In this document: positions 1 through 12,425 of the stretch, piece after piece
Layout: every line of letters starts with the position of its first letter
Position numbering within the stretch: the stretch's first letter is position 1
Source: Oopsacas minuta
Taxonomy: Eukaryota > Animalia > Porifera
Assembly (NCBI GenBank): GCA_024704765.1
Contig: JAKMXF010000046.1
Location: 1-35,963 of the forward strand
Length of the DNA: 35,963 bases
Reading direction: 5' to 3'
Made by a program: the position numbers and the translations under genes
Notes under the pieces: generated by a model
What the model was told of the DNA's origin: nothing
Seen by the model: the letters and a program-made list of their open reading frames with translations, nothing else
The model's database searches: none

Positions 1-99
1 TACTGACCCTAGTGCCAGAGGTCCGGGGGACATATCACCCTAGTGCCACAAGTCCGGGGGGACAGCTCACCCGGGGGACCACTGCCCCTCTGACACCGG
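1..99. repeat. GC-rich subterminal tandem repeats (~32 bp unit) ending in TGACACCGG; probable end of a DNA transposon (CMC/EnSpm-like, tentative)
   Basis: ACCCTAGTGCCAGAGGTCCGGGGGACATATC / ACCCTAGTGCCACAAGTCCGGGGGGACAGCTC / partial third unit, then an abrupt switch to AT-rich DNA after 99. The other end lies outside the window, so the family call is inference. Confidence 0.45.
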
Positions 100-230
100 T
101 TCTATGATACGGTCTATTGCACCTAGCAGATTAGGTATTCTAATAATACTTTTGTAGTCTCGGATTATCAGGAAATAAAAATCCTTGAGGTATGCCCGTG
201 TTCCCTAGCAGAGTATAGAGGCTTTCTTAC

Positions 231-381
231 TGTCTAGCGTGTCAATTTCTTTCTCAAATCCTTGAGTCAACTCGCTAATTTCGCGAAATCTAACTCCTTC
301 TAAATCTATTGACCGAATTTCATTCAATCTATCTTCGTACTTTTTTAGCATCTTATCAGCTTTTGTTGTTACAAAGCTCAT
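231..381 (-). CDS. Probable coding exon of an unidentified gene continuing off the left edge (MSFVTTKADKMLKKYEDRLNEIRSIDLEGVRFREISELTQGFEKEIDTLD)
   Basis: 58-aa open frame 381..205, just under the ORF-track cutoff, with charged helical composition. Acceptor-like TTTGCAACCAG at 393..383 and strong donor GTAAGA at 230..225. Confidence 0.45.
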
Positions 382-746
382 TCTGGTTGCAAATATAAAG
401 TAATCTTTACGTCAGTCTAGGATTTGAATTTATAAGAAACGTAATTCTTTTTATAGAAATATCTCTTCGATACACTTGTATTGTGTGTAATTAAGTTGTA
501 CATTTAAAGTAACCATAACATTCAATAAGAAGTAAGGTGTTTCAGAATGTGGCTTATTCGACACAATTTGAGAGAGTATTACCTAATATTTTTCAGAAAA
601 CTGCAAAAGATCGAAAGTGAACTTTAGTAGAAAGTTCGAATTATCACTTTCACTGGATCACGAATAATATTTTTTAGGAAGTAGTAAAGTAATTACTTCC
701 AGGGTCGTGCGAGCCTATTTTTATCTGGCCCAGGTCGAACCTAATT

Positions 747-900
747 CGATTCAGCATGTTCGATATATTTAGCGAAGTTTTATTGAATTCTATTTACTTC
801 ATTGATAAACACGATAAAGACATAGTTATGCGACAGTTTCAAAATTGCATACCGTAAATCCTTTCCTTGACAACAGACAAACAATAATTTATATTTAATA
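747..900 (+). repeat. Dispersed repeat family A, copy 1
   Basis: GATTCAGCATGTT...GAAGTTTTATTGAATTCTATT...CATAGTTATG...AAATCCTTTCCTTGACAA is shared with 9421-9650 and, inverted, with 27445-27598 and 30700-30930. Confidence 0.85.
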
Positions 901-1306
901 TTAGTTTTATTACCGGTAAACCTTGGTCGGGTCCGCCACCTGGCTATATGGCCAGGATAACAGGTCAACCTGGTCTGGAAAATTCTGCCGGGCAGGTTTG
1001 ACTTGGTCAGTTTCCATTACTAGCATGGCCCTGTACTTGCTAACTATTGTGATGAAGCTGCTGAGACTACACCATATTTCATGGGGTTTCAGACAGCTGT
1101 GTCGTCCCCTAACTAATCACAGGCCAAAACTTGGAGTGTGAGCGTTATAAGAGTTGAATCTCGAGGTATTTGGGGGTAGTTCCTGCTACTAAAAATGTTG
1201 TTAGTAAATAAGATAATTTAGTATTTCATAGGTTTTACAGATTTTAGCAAAGCCCAAACAATCGAATTTGATAGATTTAACGAATGTTATATATTTTCAT
1301 CTATTA

Positions 1307-1467
1307 TGTGGAAGCTGCTTAATCGAGACTCAGGATAATCGGGATTTATGCTTAATCGTGACTTTTGTCAACGCAAGAATAGTAAATATTCACATCAGTT
1401 AACGGGATGACCGGATAATAGGGGTAAACCATTCTCCCGAGGTGTCCAGATTAAAAGGCTTCTATTG
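1307..1467. mobile_element. Degenerate Tc1/mariner(pogo)-type MITE
   Basis: Left end TA|TGTGGAAGCTGCTTAATCGAGAC versus right end GTCCAGATTAAAAGGCTTCTATTG|TA: imperfect TIRs flanked by TA. Confidence 0.5.
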
Positions 1468-2703
1468 TAATTATATTATGTACAATTGTACATATATGTT
1501 GTATACCCTTTGAATAATTGTAAAAATGAAAAATCTGATTGATTCGTGAATAAAGATGTAACAATTAAGTAGCTTCATTACTCCAAAATCAGACATATAT
1601 TCTAAATTCCACGAACATGGGCCTCTTGAGACAACCCGTTTATGTCGGTTTAGCCCTATCTCGCGTGGTCTGAGAAAAGTCTCACTAGCTTCACTTGTTC
1701 GCCAATTACCAACCCGATGTAAAAATATCACTGAATTGTGCTTTATCTCTGAGCAGGGAGTCGAAAGTGGGGTGGAAGGGAAATTTCAGTATTTCTAAGT
1801 TTAAATTGTAAATATTTAGCTCAAGCTAATTTTGAACAATAGTTTGGCTGAATATTGTAGGTTATGGCCGTAGCAAAAACTGATAGATTTGGGCCCACTT
1901 AAGGATTGAGGGTGACCACCACTGGTCTATGGCATTTTCTTTTAGCAGACTGAAAACATGATTTATCTATTGACTTAAAACAAGCAATTTTGATCGCCAG
2001 AATTGAATGGAACGCTTCAAAGTAGAATTATTTATGAATTTGGAAATATGTAATTAGTATTACATAACACCTAAGCGAATAGAGTTTCTTTCTCCATAGA
2101 CAAGGAAAGTATGAAAATGTTTACCTTCTGCATCATTTTATAGAAATATTATTATAGAATAATTACTTAATATCCACCAATCAATCATAACAGTTCATTT
2201 CTCAAAACATAATACTTTGCAAAAAGAATACACCAGGAGATGGAGGTGTGAATTATTCATCAAAATATTTTGTAATCTATTATCAAATTTGCCCATTAAA
2301 TTCACATACTAAACTACAGCTTTTTGATACATCTTCGATCTACATAATTAATGTTTAGGGCAGTATTGAAACTTACACGTAAATACCCCCAGAAATGAAA
2401 TTACAGTCTATATCCCATATACAAGTAGAATCAAGAACTCAATACACATATGAATTGCATAAATTGTTAATGAATACTCCTATGATATCATTGTTAAAAG
2501 CAATAACGGGTATATAATGAGAAACAACAAAGGACAAAATCACATATCAGTAAGCTAAGTCCAACTCTAGTTATAACAACAAATAATAGAATAATATACA
2601 CTAATTGCGGTAATAGAAAGTCTGTACTCTGTACAGATCACCAATGGATTTGTACACGGTGAAATCTTAAAAACTACACCACACACCAATTATTACAGCT
2701 AGC

Positions 2704-4991
2704 CTAAAACTGGTCAGTCAGTAGAAACTGCAGCGTTTCACTTACAGAACCTTTGGATGAACGTATGGTGAGTCTATACATGTTGGTCACTTCGTTAGGT
2801 TCCAGGCGTAGAAGTACACCAGATGGAGCGTCTTTGATCTGTACTATACCAGCTGATACGTAATTGCTCACATTGGGGTCAATGTCCGGGAGTACTGCAA
2901 GGCCGAATGAAGAGAGGACATTACAGACTATGCTCTTGTCTATCTTCTTAGTAGCAGGGAATATACGCTGCGATTCTTTGTCTCCTGCGAGCAACTTCCA
3001 GCGAGCGAAGAAGTTGTCTTGTGACATCTGTGTAGACTCTAAGAATTTGGATAGAAATACTGGTATATACAGTGTATACTTATTGCTTCCGCCAGCTAAT
3101 AAGAAGGTTACATCGAGGGAAGGTGGAGTACGGAATGATCCAAGACATTCTATCTGCAACACTTGCTGCTCCTGAGCACCTGAGGCTATGGTAGAAGGAG
3201 GATTTGACTGAGGAGTGATCTGTAGAGCTTGGCTAGTATCAGAACTCATTATGATAGCTACTTCGAAGTTGTTCAGTTGACTATTGCTCTTATTTCCAAA
3301 GAATATGTTAAGCTTCCCTATCCTATTGGTAAACTCAGACTTAACTCCTATCTGAATTAAATCATTCTCGAACAGAACTCCGTTATTCTTAAGAAGAAAG
3401 TCTTTCTTCACATCGTCAATATTGCCAGGCTCAGAGCCATCTAGATTAGGTGCGAGTATCAACTCAGAGAGAGGAGCATTCCCATTGACACTGTTCCCTA
3501 GTTCTAATAGAGCAGCTGACTGGACTACAGGCGTGCTAGAGGCTGGGGGAGATCTCTTGGATGCAGTTTCTAGAAGGGTAGAGGGGACGGGTTGGGGAGA
3601 GGGGTTCACATGACGCTGTAGGTCTCCTGAAGATCCAGCAGATGCAATCTTGTCTTCCTTATGGAGAGGAACAGATGGAGCTTTCTTACGCAGCATGGCC
3701 ATCAGGGAACTCTCTTTCTCAGGAAATGGTGGCATCTCCTCCAGTACTTTACCAAGCAGAGCATCATTCCCGATACGACTGAGAGAGAGATACTCCACAG
3801 CTCTCTGCTGCAGCTCTACGTTAGCATTCCTTATCTGATTCTTTTTGGACATCTCAGCTTGGATAGTAGGTCGTAGCTCAGGAAAAAGGTTCATGAACTT
3901 CATGTAAGTAGAGAGTAGGATAGCTCGGGTATCGTGCGAACACAAAAGAAATTTGGAATGCAACAGACGGAATTGAATGTAAGGACTAGAACGAGGGTCT
4001 CCTGCTATATTATTACCGAATTCTCCTAGAATATATCCACCCACCTTAAGCATGGTCTCATGACAGGCAGGAGCCTGTAAAGCCTCAAAACAGAGCTTAG
4101 CAGCGTACCCCTGTATGTCCTCTCGGTTAATTACTATCTGTATGACACGATGCCATACCTCCTCGCTAACGAAGTCACCTCCCACTCGTATCAGATTCAG
4201 AATGCTATTCACATACCACAGAAAATCTACAGCAAACCTCTCAGCTAAAATAGCTATCTTAAGCACCAGCTCCTCTCGAATAGCGTAGTCGGCCTTCTCA
4301 AGATACGACAGAAGCTCAGAGATAATATTCTCAGCATTCTCGTGGTCACACATGGAATAGAGGAGGTCAGCACACCTCTGTCTGATCGAGATATCTCTGT
4401 CAGTCTTGAGGGTAGTGAGGACAGTTTCAAGATGCTTCACGACAGCCCCATGGCATATCTCAGAGGCTCCGAGCAGCACCATCACCTCTATAGTGAGGTA
4501 ACGGAGGTTAGCCTCCTTATGCTGCATGAAGGATCCTATGTGATTACATGCTCGTATCATGAATGCGTGTTCATACTCTAGATGAATGATCAGATAAATT
4601 GCTTCAAATAGAATGGCATTCTTAGCGTTGGAATGGTATATCTTTTTGCTCTGTGGAGGCTCCTGTACCTTATTCAGGATAGAGTCTAATGCTTCATTGA
4701 GTCTGGAGCGTATCAGGGTGTCTTCAGGAGGAGAGAAGTATTGCAAGAACCTAATCAGCTTAACCGTCAGCCAGGGAGCAACCACGAAGTGATATCCGTA
4801 ATCTTCGAATTCATTAGGCTGACCTTGTACTAGTTTAGATAGACGGCTTATAGCGTGTCCGACAGCTCCTTTGATTGGCTCCGGGTTATGTATCGCCATT
4901 TCTTGGAGGAGACCCAAGGCACTTGTCACCACACCTAAGTTCTTGTCATTGATCAGCTGACCTAACTGAGCTCCGTTTTCTTCTATAGCTC
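2704..4991 (-). CDS. AP2A: AP-2 complex subunit alpha (alpha-adaptin), exon 2: trunk, hinge and appendage
   Basis: LINDKNLGVVTSA, APWLTVKLIRFLQYF, FFARWKLL and C-terminal MYRLTIRSSKGSVSETLQFLLTDQF match alpha-adaptin. Acceptor TTATAG ends at 4992, phase 1 matches the exon 1 donor, stop TAG at 2706..2704. Confidence 0.96.
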
Positions 4992-6487
4992 CTATAATCA
5001 ATAAATACAGTAAATTGTTATATTCAATATTTCACATAAATCGTTTAAAAGTATTACCGTATTAAGCATAATACGGTTATGATATAGTCAGGTGTGGATC
5101 TAGAGTGGGAGGCTAATAATGGCTTAAGCTCCGTAATATTAGAGATTTTCAAGATATTGGCAAAAATTTATCATCCATGGTCATTACCAAACTCTAACTT
5201 AACCGAATGCAGCAGGAAAATATGTGAGTTTATGACATCAAAAATGTGGAAAATGTAATTTTTTAGTGCGGGAATTGGTTATACGAAGTGGAAAAATTTG
5301 TTCCTTTTCATTACGAACGCAAAACTGTAATCGGCTAACTAGTTATTGAAAGCCATAGCCAACATTACAGTCAAATAACATAATGAATAGACATATGTCA
5401 ATTGAATAAGATTAACTAGTAAACTGATTGGTCATGATGCAAATCTCTATATTAAGCTAACTGAAGTGACAGATGCAGTATTGTATCAGACTATTAGTTT
5501 TAGCTTGACAAACATATTGATAGCTCTCGTTGTAACCAAGTTATATATATTGAAACACCTGAATAATATAAATAGGCCAATGATCCATCCAGACACTATC
5601 ATCTATATCGTATTATATATAATGTTTACTCAAACGATCATTAAGTTTAAGCCACCACCAGCGGGTTACTACTCTAAGAAGTAAGGTAATTACTGAATAA
5701 ATGACCTCTATTTCAGTAAATATGCAATCAAGTATACACAACCTAAGTCAATCTCTAAGTATTCACTAATATTACATATTTACAGTCCATAAATGTATTT
5801 CCAACGCATCCACGTGTAGCTATTCACTCCCACACTTATATGATGACGTAAGGAGGGCTGCATTTGTTATCGCCATCATCTCAAATCAAAATTTACGACA
5901 TTATCACAATTCAAAGTGGTACTTTATGTATTAATTCTCATTGGCTCTACTTCGAAATACAAGTAAATATATTGTATTATCGTGTAGTTGAATTTCATTG
6001 AGAAATGGTAAATAATGACAATATTCATGAGACAGGTATACCTGTTGCGGGCGGTGAAGCTTGAACAAGTTTGCAACTAACAGTGGTGTAATGTTCCCAT
6101 AAGGATTTCACTTAGGTGAAATTATGACATCAGGACTTGTGGTATTGTCTATTGACTATTGAGAACATAAATATACGCACAGCCTACGAAACTATAGCTC
6201 TTATTATAAACATTGTCTTATTCTGAACCGAGCCAATGCACCAATAATATCATTCCCATAGGATTTGTATTTCATAAGTTCCCCTATGAAGTCTCTCTAT
6301 TATGAAAATGATTATTGGGATAAGCTACTCTGACTGTATTTCATTGTACTGCACTAAAATTGTGGGATAATTTTGGGAAGTTTAGGTGGGATATTAACCT
6401 GAACAGATGTTTGAAAGGGTGGGATAGTAGGCAAGTATGTTTCCATCAAGAAGGTGTATTATTCAATAAATACATAACTAAACTAAC

Positions 6488-7037
6488 CTGAGAATAGAGC
6501 AGGCTGTACACGGATAAGCTTGAGCCAGGAGAGAGCTGCATTCTGTCTAACGAAGTCATCCATTGATCGATTCATGAGTATCTGCGGTATTTCATGTCCC
6601 AAGTCCTGTGCCATAAGCTCAGACCCTATATTAGCTACAGCTTGTAATGCTAGAGATACGTTTATTGAAATACGAGAGCGAAGGTCATTCCTAATAGCCT
6701 GCAGGACAGATCGCTCCATTTCTGGCGTAGGAGTACCCAGTACTGTAATGAAGAGATAGCCTATATGCTTCTCTGAGTATTTTACAGAGGAGAGAAGGTT
6801 TATAGCTTCTTGATAACCGATATCAATCTCTGTTCCGAGCAGAAATATGAATAGTAGCTTACAAACGTATTTTTTCTTCTGGTAGCCCTCTAGACCTTTG
6901 TCAGTCTTGAACTTACCGCGAATATTTGACAACTCTTTCTGAATTCTTTTCACCTCAGCTTCTTTTGATTTACAGTTACGAATATCTCCAATGAATATGG
7001 TCAATCCCTTCATTGAGTCAGGACCTTTCGCACTCAT
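6488..7037 (-). CDS. AP2A: AP-2 complex subunit alpha, exon 1
   Basis: ATG at 7037 (the ORF track starts at an upstream TTG). MKGLTIFIGDIRNCKSKEAEVKRIQKELSNIRGKFK...GYQKKKYVCKLLFIFLLG is the alpha-adaptin N-terminus. Donor CAG|GTTAGT at 6487; spliced product 945 aa. Confidence 0.96.
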
Positions 7038-8060
7038 CTTCTCTCTCAACTTTATAAATATTCAAAATGGGTGAATAACTAAATTATAAAAAAAAACATT
7101 TCAGAATATTATATTGCTTATCTTATAGATACATTGGCAGTATAAAATCGAAGATATTTGGGGATATATTTAAAATTTTCGTGAATAATCACTACTGGAT
7201 CGCATCTCATTCTCTTTAATATCTAGGGTCTCACCCTGTCCGCAGTCGATGGTGGCATTCAAGCCCCTAATTTCAGACCAACTGTCTCGTTTATTCGCAG
7301 GGTCGGAGTCAGCCAATCGAAGGCCCCTGGGTAGAGTTGAACACGGAGGCCCCCCCTTCCATAAGATAAATAACATGAGATGCAAACGCTTCATTCTAGT
7401 ACAACAAAGGCACTTAATAATTATGGCAACCATCTATTTCCAAACTGTAAAGTGGTAGCAATTACAGATTTTGAATCTATTTATATATTCTGGAGCTCCT
7501 TGTGGTTTTGGGAGGCCCCGGGCAATTGCCCTACCTGCCCTGTTTATTTGGTAGTTTGGACGATTCTCTATAAAGTGGCTGTTGTAATTTTGACAATTGT
7601 TAGGTCGGAGGATTCCCCAATGAATTCATCCAAATATTTCTACTTTCTCCATTTCAACTTTCGTAAAACGAAAATGCTTCCAAAATTCTGAATGCTCAGG
7701 TTTGGGATAAAACTGAGACAGAGTGTATTTGAATGATAATTTTGAAATAAAATTCTATATTTTCAATAATGAAATAATGAATCTAGAAGAGAACATCAAA
7801 TCAATCTTAGATTGAATCATAAGGAAGTTCCAATAACTTTCATACTCGTATTCTTACTGAGCTACATTACTCCCAACTAATCAAGTACTTTCAAAGCAGA
7901 TGAATTTCAATAGCTTAAAATGACAAGTAGGCTATGATATTGAATAGAATAAAATTATTCGAATATCTAATATTTTGTGGTTTCGATCCAGGTCATTTGA
8001 CAGACATACAATCCCCATAGCATTCTAATACTCTATATAAGGCAGGGGGTCATGGGTGTA

Positions 8061-8246
8061 CAGTAGAACTCGGATAAGACGTACTCGGCTTAAGACGTAC
8101 ACTCGGTTAAGACGTACTATTTCTTATATCCCAAAATATCAGTCATCATTATTTGTAATGCAAACATATTCGGATAAGACGTACACTCGGTTAAGACGTA
8201 CTAATTTCTGTTTCCCGAGGGGGTACGTCTTATCCGAGTTCTACTG
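8061..8246. mobile_element. Pogo/Tc1-mariner-type MITE, 186 bp, with perfect 24-bp TIRs and TA target duplication
   Basis: TA|CAGTAGAACTCGGATAAGACGTAC...GTACGTCTTATCCGAGTTCTACTG|TA, with internal iterations of TAAGACGTAC. Confidence 0.92.
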
Positions 8247-9092
8247 TAGTTCCGAGGGGCCTGGCTCCCCCTAAAATTCTGAGTAGGACTCCTCAAAATC
8301 CTGTTGCGGCTATCGCAGGGGTGTGACTGAATGGTGTAAAATAGTGGAGAATAACATACTGTGGAACCTATTAGAATTTGATAATCTGGCAAAATAAAAT
8401 AAATCTGTCTGATTATATTCCATTTGGGGCTTCACTAATTCCTTGACGGAACGGACCATTTTATACCCCAATTCCGGGACGGAACGGATAAGTACCTCCC
8501 AATAGCCGAGAAAAGGAGATCGAAAAATTAGAGAGGGAATATTTCTAAGAAAAAAAGTCCCAATTAGCTAGTTTTAGGAAAATCGGACAGTGGGAGATTT
8601 CATTTTACATTTCTATGTGGCAAAGACTTCGTCTATTATAGTAGTGGAATTTTGGATAATGCTGATTCATTGTCGCTTCATTATGGTTCTAATTAGGCCA
8701 GATTCTGGGCTGTTCCCAAAGCAAAGAGATAGCCTCCGGCCATCCTATTTTCAAACTGAGAAAACTTCGCCATCTCAGTTTGATGGAAATTGACTTCCGA
8801 AATCCTAATAAAAAATAACATCTTAGAACCTTAGGTTAGCTTAAGCCTTATTATTATTAAACAGCTAAATTTCTGGATGCTTTATGTCGCTATGTGGCTA
8901 AAAGCCTTAAAGGCAGAGCGCCCGGATGGATTATTGATCATGTATGTATTTAATTTTTTTAATCCATATAGTCCATAAATCCATGGATTCCGGATGAATT
9001 AGGATCCTCTGAAGTACAATGGAATCCATCAGATCCATGAAATATAAGGAATTCACAGTATATTCATGAATTTTTCATGGCTTTGGTTTGAT

Positions 9093-9122
9093 ATCCATAT
9101 CCATATGGGTATGGATATGGAT
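9093..9122. repeat. Perfect 13-bp-stem palindrome inside an ATCC/GGAT-rich TE-like segment
   Basis: ATCCATATCCATA-TGGG-TATGGATATGGAT. Confidence 0.8.
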
Positions 9123-9420
9123 TTATGCTAGTCTAGGAAAAGGGTAATAGTTTGGATTCATCCGACTCGTCTGCCTTCTTTCAGTTTCTTCAATCAATTA
9201 CAAACATACAAACATAAATACATGCTAGCGCGTTTCGCTTGCTCACGCTGCGAGGCTTGCGAACACTTTGTATTCGCATGGGTTTGGCACTTCGTGCCTC
9301 GAATTGAGCAAGTAAAAGTAGCAACATATTCACAATACTTTGGTGATAAATTCATATTTGTAATCAACGTGCTCGATTACCATAGGATAACCATTGAAAG
9401 CATGTTTCTACCGCAATTTT

Positions 9421-9650
9421 TAAATTAGTTTACTTTATATTCATAAAAACAACAATAAATTTGCATATGATTAATCCAAAAGTGTGAAAATCGGATTCAG
9501 CATGTTTGATATAATTAGTGAAGTTTTATTGAATTCTATTTCCTTCTTTAATAAACACGGTAAATACATAGTTATGTGACAATTTCAAAATTGTATACCA
9601 TAAATCCTTTCCTTGACAATGGACAAACAAACAACAATTAGGTTTAATAA
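9421..9650 (+). repeat. Dispersed repeat family A, copy 2 (longest plus-strand copy)
   Basis: Matches 747-900 directly, 27237-27325 over its left part, and the reverse complement of 30700-30930 along its length. Confidence 0.85.
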
Positions 9651-9909
9651 TATAGATATATACAGTCAACATCCGGTAACTCAAATGCCCGTTAACTCAG
9701 TATCTCTTCCGATAGATGTTTTACGAGAAGTGAAAAAAACATCCGGTTACAACACTCAAGATTTTAGATTATAATGCATTGATAGCCGCTTTCTCAAAAT
9801 CAGCCAGGATAAAAAATGGATTCAACTCAGGACGTATATCAAGTAACTTAGTGAAGTGTTGTATATGTTAACTCACTCTTGTCAGTCAACAGTGCGTAGA
9901 CACATTAAT

Positions 9910-10130
9910 CTGTGCCGACAGCTTAGTCTAGCGGTTCCCAACATTTTCACCCGTGGACCACCAAGAAGTCCATGGATCCCAGGTTGGGAACTGCTAGCTT
10001 AGTCTATAATTAAATTTGTTTAAAAAGGTGGCACCATGAAAGATTAGGTTTAACACCAGTAAACATAGTGCCTCCAATTAATAATGCCACATTTTAAAAA
10101 ATTTAATTATAGGCTAAGCTGTCGGCACAG
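9910..10130. mobile_element. MITE with ~40-bp TIRs, left TIR interrupted by a hAT MITE
   Basis: With the insert removed, the left arm reads CTGTGCCGACAGCTTAGTCTATAATTAAATTT; the reverse complement of the right arm reads CTGTGCCGACAGCTTAGCCTATAATTAAATTT. Confidence 0.85.
9929..9996. mobile_element. hAT-type MITE, 68 bp, with perfect 8-bp TSD
   Basis: GCTTAGTC|TAGCGGTTCCCAAC...GTTGGGAACTGCTA|GCTTAGTC: 13/14 TIR match, TSD at 9921-9928 and 9997-10004. Confidence 0.9.
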
Positions 10131-10374
10131 GTTGTAATTTTATATTTTCCTCGCTCTGTTCAGATTAAAATCCATAAAATATATAATTTACGATTGAATT
10201 TGCTTACCGAGTCCATATAAAGTTCAATTTGTTTACAGTACTTACCGTTGACTAAATTGTATTAAACAAGGGAATACTGGATGAGATTTCAGTGAGACAA
10301 GTTCAAAAGTATGAAAATCGGAATAAATAATGAGAATTAATGCAACCATTTCAATACTGGCCCACCACATAGTG

Positions 10375-10649
10375 CAGTAGGCCCTCGCTAATCCGAACAG
10401 ATCCGAAGGTCTATACAACTTTTGGAAAATGTTATAAAATTTTAAAAAATAAATAATTGTATCCAATTGTAGTGCATAACTGTCATATTACACATGTTTG
10501 CAACCTTTCATAGTTTGTACAACTTTCGAAAAGAAGTCTCCCTATATCCTATAGTATCGTTTCAATGCATTTCGCTAATGACAACAAATTCACTAATCCG
10601 AACGTATTATTTAGCAATAGGCACAGTGCTGTTTAGTGGGGACGTACTG
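10375..10649. mobile_element. Tc1/mariner(pogo)-type MITE family B, copy 1
   Basis: Collinear with 29045-29321 (TATACAAC.TTTGGAAAATG, AATTGTATCCAATTG, TTTCAATGCATTTC, CACTAATCCGAA); ends CAGTA...TACTG|TA. Confidence 0.8.
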
Positions 10650-10744
10650 TAGTCAGCACAGTACATTTCAACAAAATTCAAAAATGAGGAACCTTGATTA
10701 TTTGGCATTTTGAATAACTTCTGTCAGCTAATCGCCTGTACATC

Positions 10745-11795
10745 GGATCAAAGTTTAACCACCAGATTCGTATCCAGTATCAAATTTCTAGCAATATGAC
10801 GCGTCACTTGACCATATTTTGAGACATTTTTTACCCTAGCAACAGAGGAATGTCTCGGGAATAGAACAACATTCCAATCTCAAATTTTGTAAACCCTATC
10901 GAGTGACCCCTCGTTTGATGCTGCTCGGTGAGCTAAGTCTAGTTAAACAGATATTGACCCTCTAAATGATCTTTGAACACAATTTTACGGGATCGGCCCC
11001 CCACGGCGTCATATTCTCCAGTCAGTTTCTCATGTATTTATTATAGATACAATGATACATAATGTCATTCTCTGTTTTTGATAGAATTTTTGCTATACTA
11101 ATTGCAAAATGTGTAATTGAGATGGACTCGTGGTATTTAACCAAGTTTTAAACGTTCAGTTCATAAATCATTTGTTTTAAAAGTCTAAGATATGCTAATT
11201 TGACAAATATATCTCGTTCGAATGATGAAATATCCAACGTCTATTCACTAGCAACTCTATGCATTTTTCCAGAGACACTCAGATAACAGATGGACATAAT
11301 GCAAAAAGTTCCCATGAGTAGACATTGGACAATTCATCATCTTAACGAGGTATATTTGTGTAATTAGCCATGATATGTAGTTATAGAAGATAAAACAAAT
11401 TGTTTATGGCCTGAACAATTAAAACTTGGTTAAATACCACGATTTACATCTTAACTATATTTGTTGTAATTATAGTAAAAATTCTGTCAAAAACAGAGAA
11501 TGACATCATATATCTGTAAGAAATGAGTGAAAAACTGATAAGAAAGGCCGCGAGGGCTGATTTCGTAAAATCATGTTTAAAGATCATTTCGATGTGTATA
11601 ACTAGACTCGGCTAGCCTAGCTGCGTCGAACAACGGGTCACTCTGTGGGGTAAGGACAAAGTTTGAGAATGGAATGTTGTTACTTTCGTAACACATACCT
11701 GCGTTGCTAGGGAAAAATTTCTCCTATGATCAAGTGACCTATCGAATTGCAAATTTGATGCTGAGTACGAATCTGGTGGTTAAAAGTTGATTCAA
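10745..11795. mobile_element. ~1.05-kb foldback element: imperfect palindrome with ~500-bp arms and a ~50-bp spacer; superfamily unassigned
   Basis: Perfect inverted matches 10754-10772/11766-11784 (19 bp) and 11129-11150/11420-11441 (22 bp), plus many collinear shorter inverted blocks. Boundaries are approximate. Confidence 0.85.
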
Positions 11796-11828
11796 TGCGA
11801 TTTGAAGAGTTTACAGCTTGGGGGTGTG

Positions 11829-12314
11829 CAGGCGGGGTTCTCAACCTGGGGTACGCTGAACCAACTTTAATTTCCAGAAGTATGAATTTGTGTCTGGTAA
11901 TTACTTCTGATTCGAGAACTGTCAAAAGTAAATCGTAATATTTTGACACGAATTTATGAATTGATAAATAAATGTTGGGTGGATACTATTTATGAACTTC
12001 ATTTGACTGTACGATTTTAGGATTTAAATTTCTAGATATAAATTCTAAAAATAAATTGTTATTTCACATAATTTCAGATCAATTTATAAATTGAACCGTC
12101 ACTAAATGGTAAATTCATTACTTAAGAAATAGGAAAAAAAGAAAATATAATTATAATTATATTCAACACGATTTCACACTTATGCTGAAAAATGGCCGCG
12201 AACAACCACAGTGCGTATTGTTTTGCGGAATCTTGCTAGATTTGAATCGAGGGTATCTGGACTTTTCCTTTCGCCCCAGGGGGTACGCAGTTCGTAAAAG
12301 TTTGAGAACCCCTG
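11829..12314. mobile_element. Non-autonomous hAT-type element
   Basis: Left CAGGCGGGGTTCTCAACCTGGGGTACGC, right GGGGGTACGCAG...GTTTGAGAACCCCTG. No TSD is recognisable. Confidence 0.6.
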
Positions 12315-12425
12315 TACTATATGATACATAAATCCATTCGACTAAAGTGCACTGTTTTTAAATATCTTTAGTTTCGACACTATCACAAATAGCTAGCTAT
12401 ACATAACAAAAGAGAATGGAAAATA

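Noticed and set aside
1-99. Repeat units as a CRISPR-like array (also considered for 8061-8246)
   Set aside because: No unique spacers and no cas genes, in a eukaryotic context; both are better explained as transposon subterminal repeats.
5056-5077. 9-bp hairpin ACCGTATTA-AGCA-TAATACGGT near the AP2A acceptor (and an 8-bp one at 21974-21990) as regulatory or terminator elements
   Set aside because: Short palindromes are expected in a MITE-rich genome, and there is no evidence of function.
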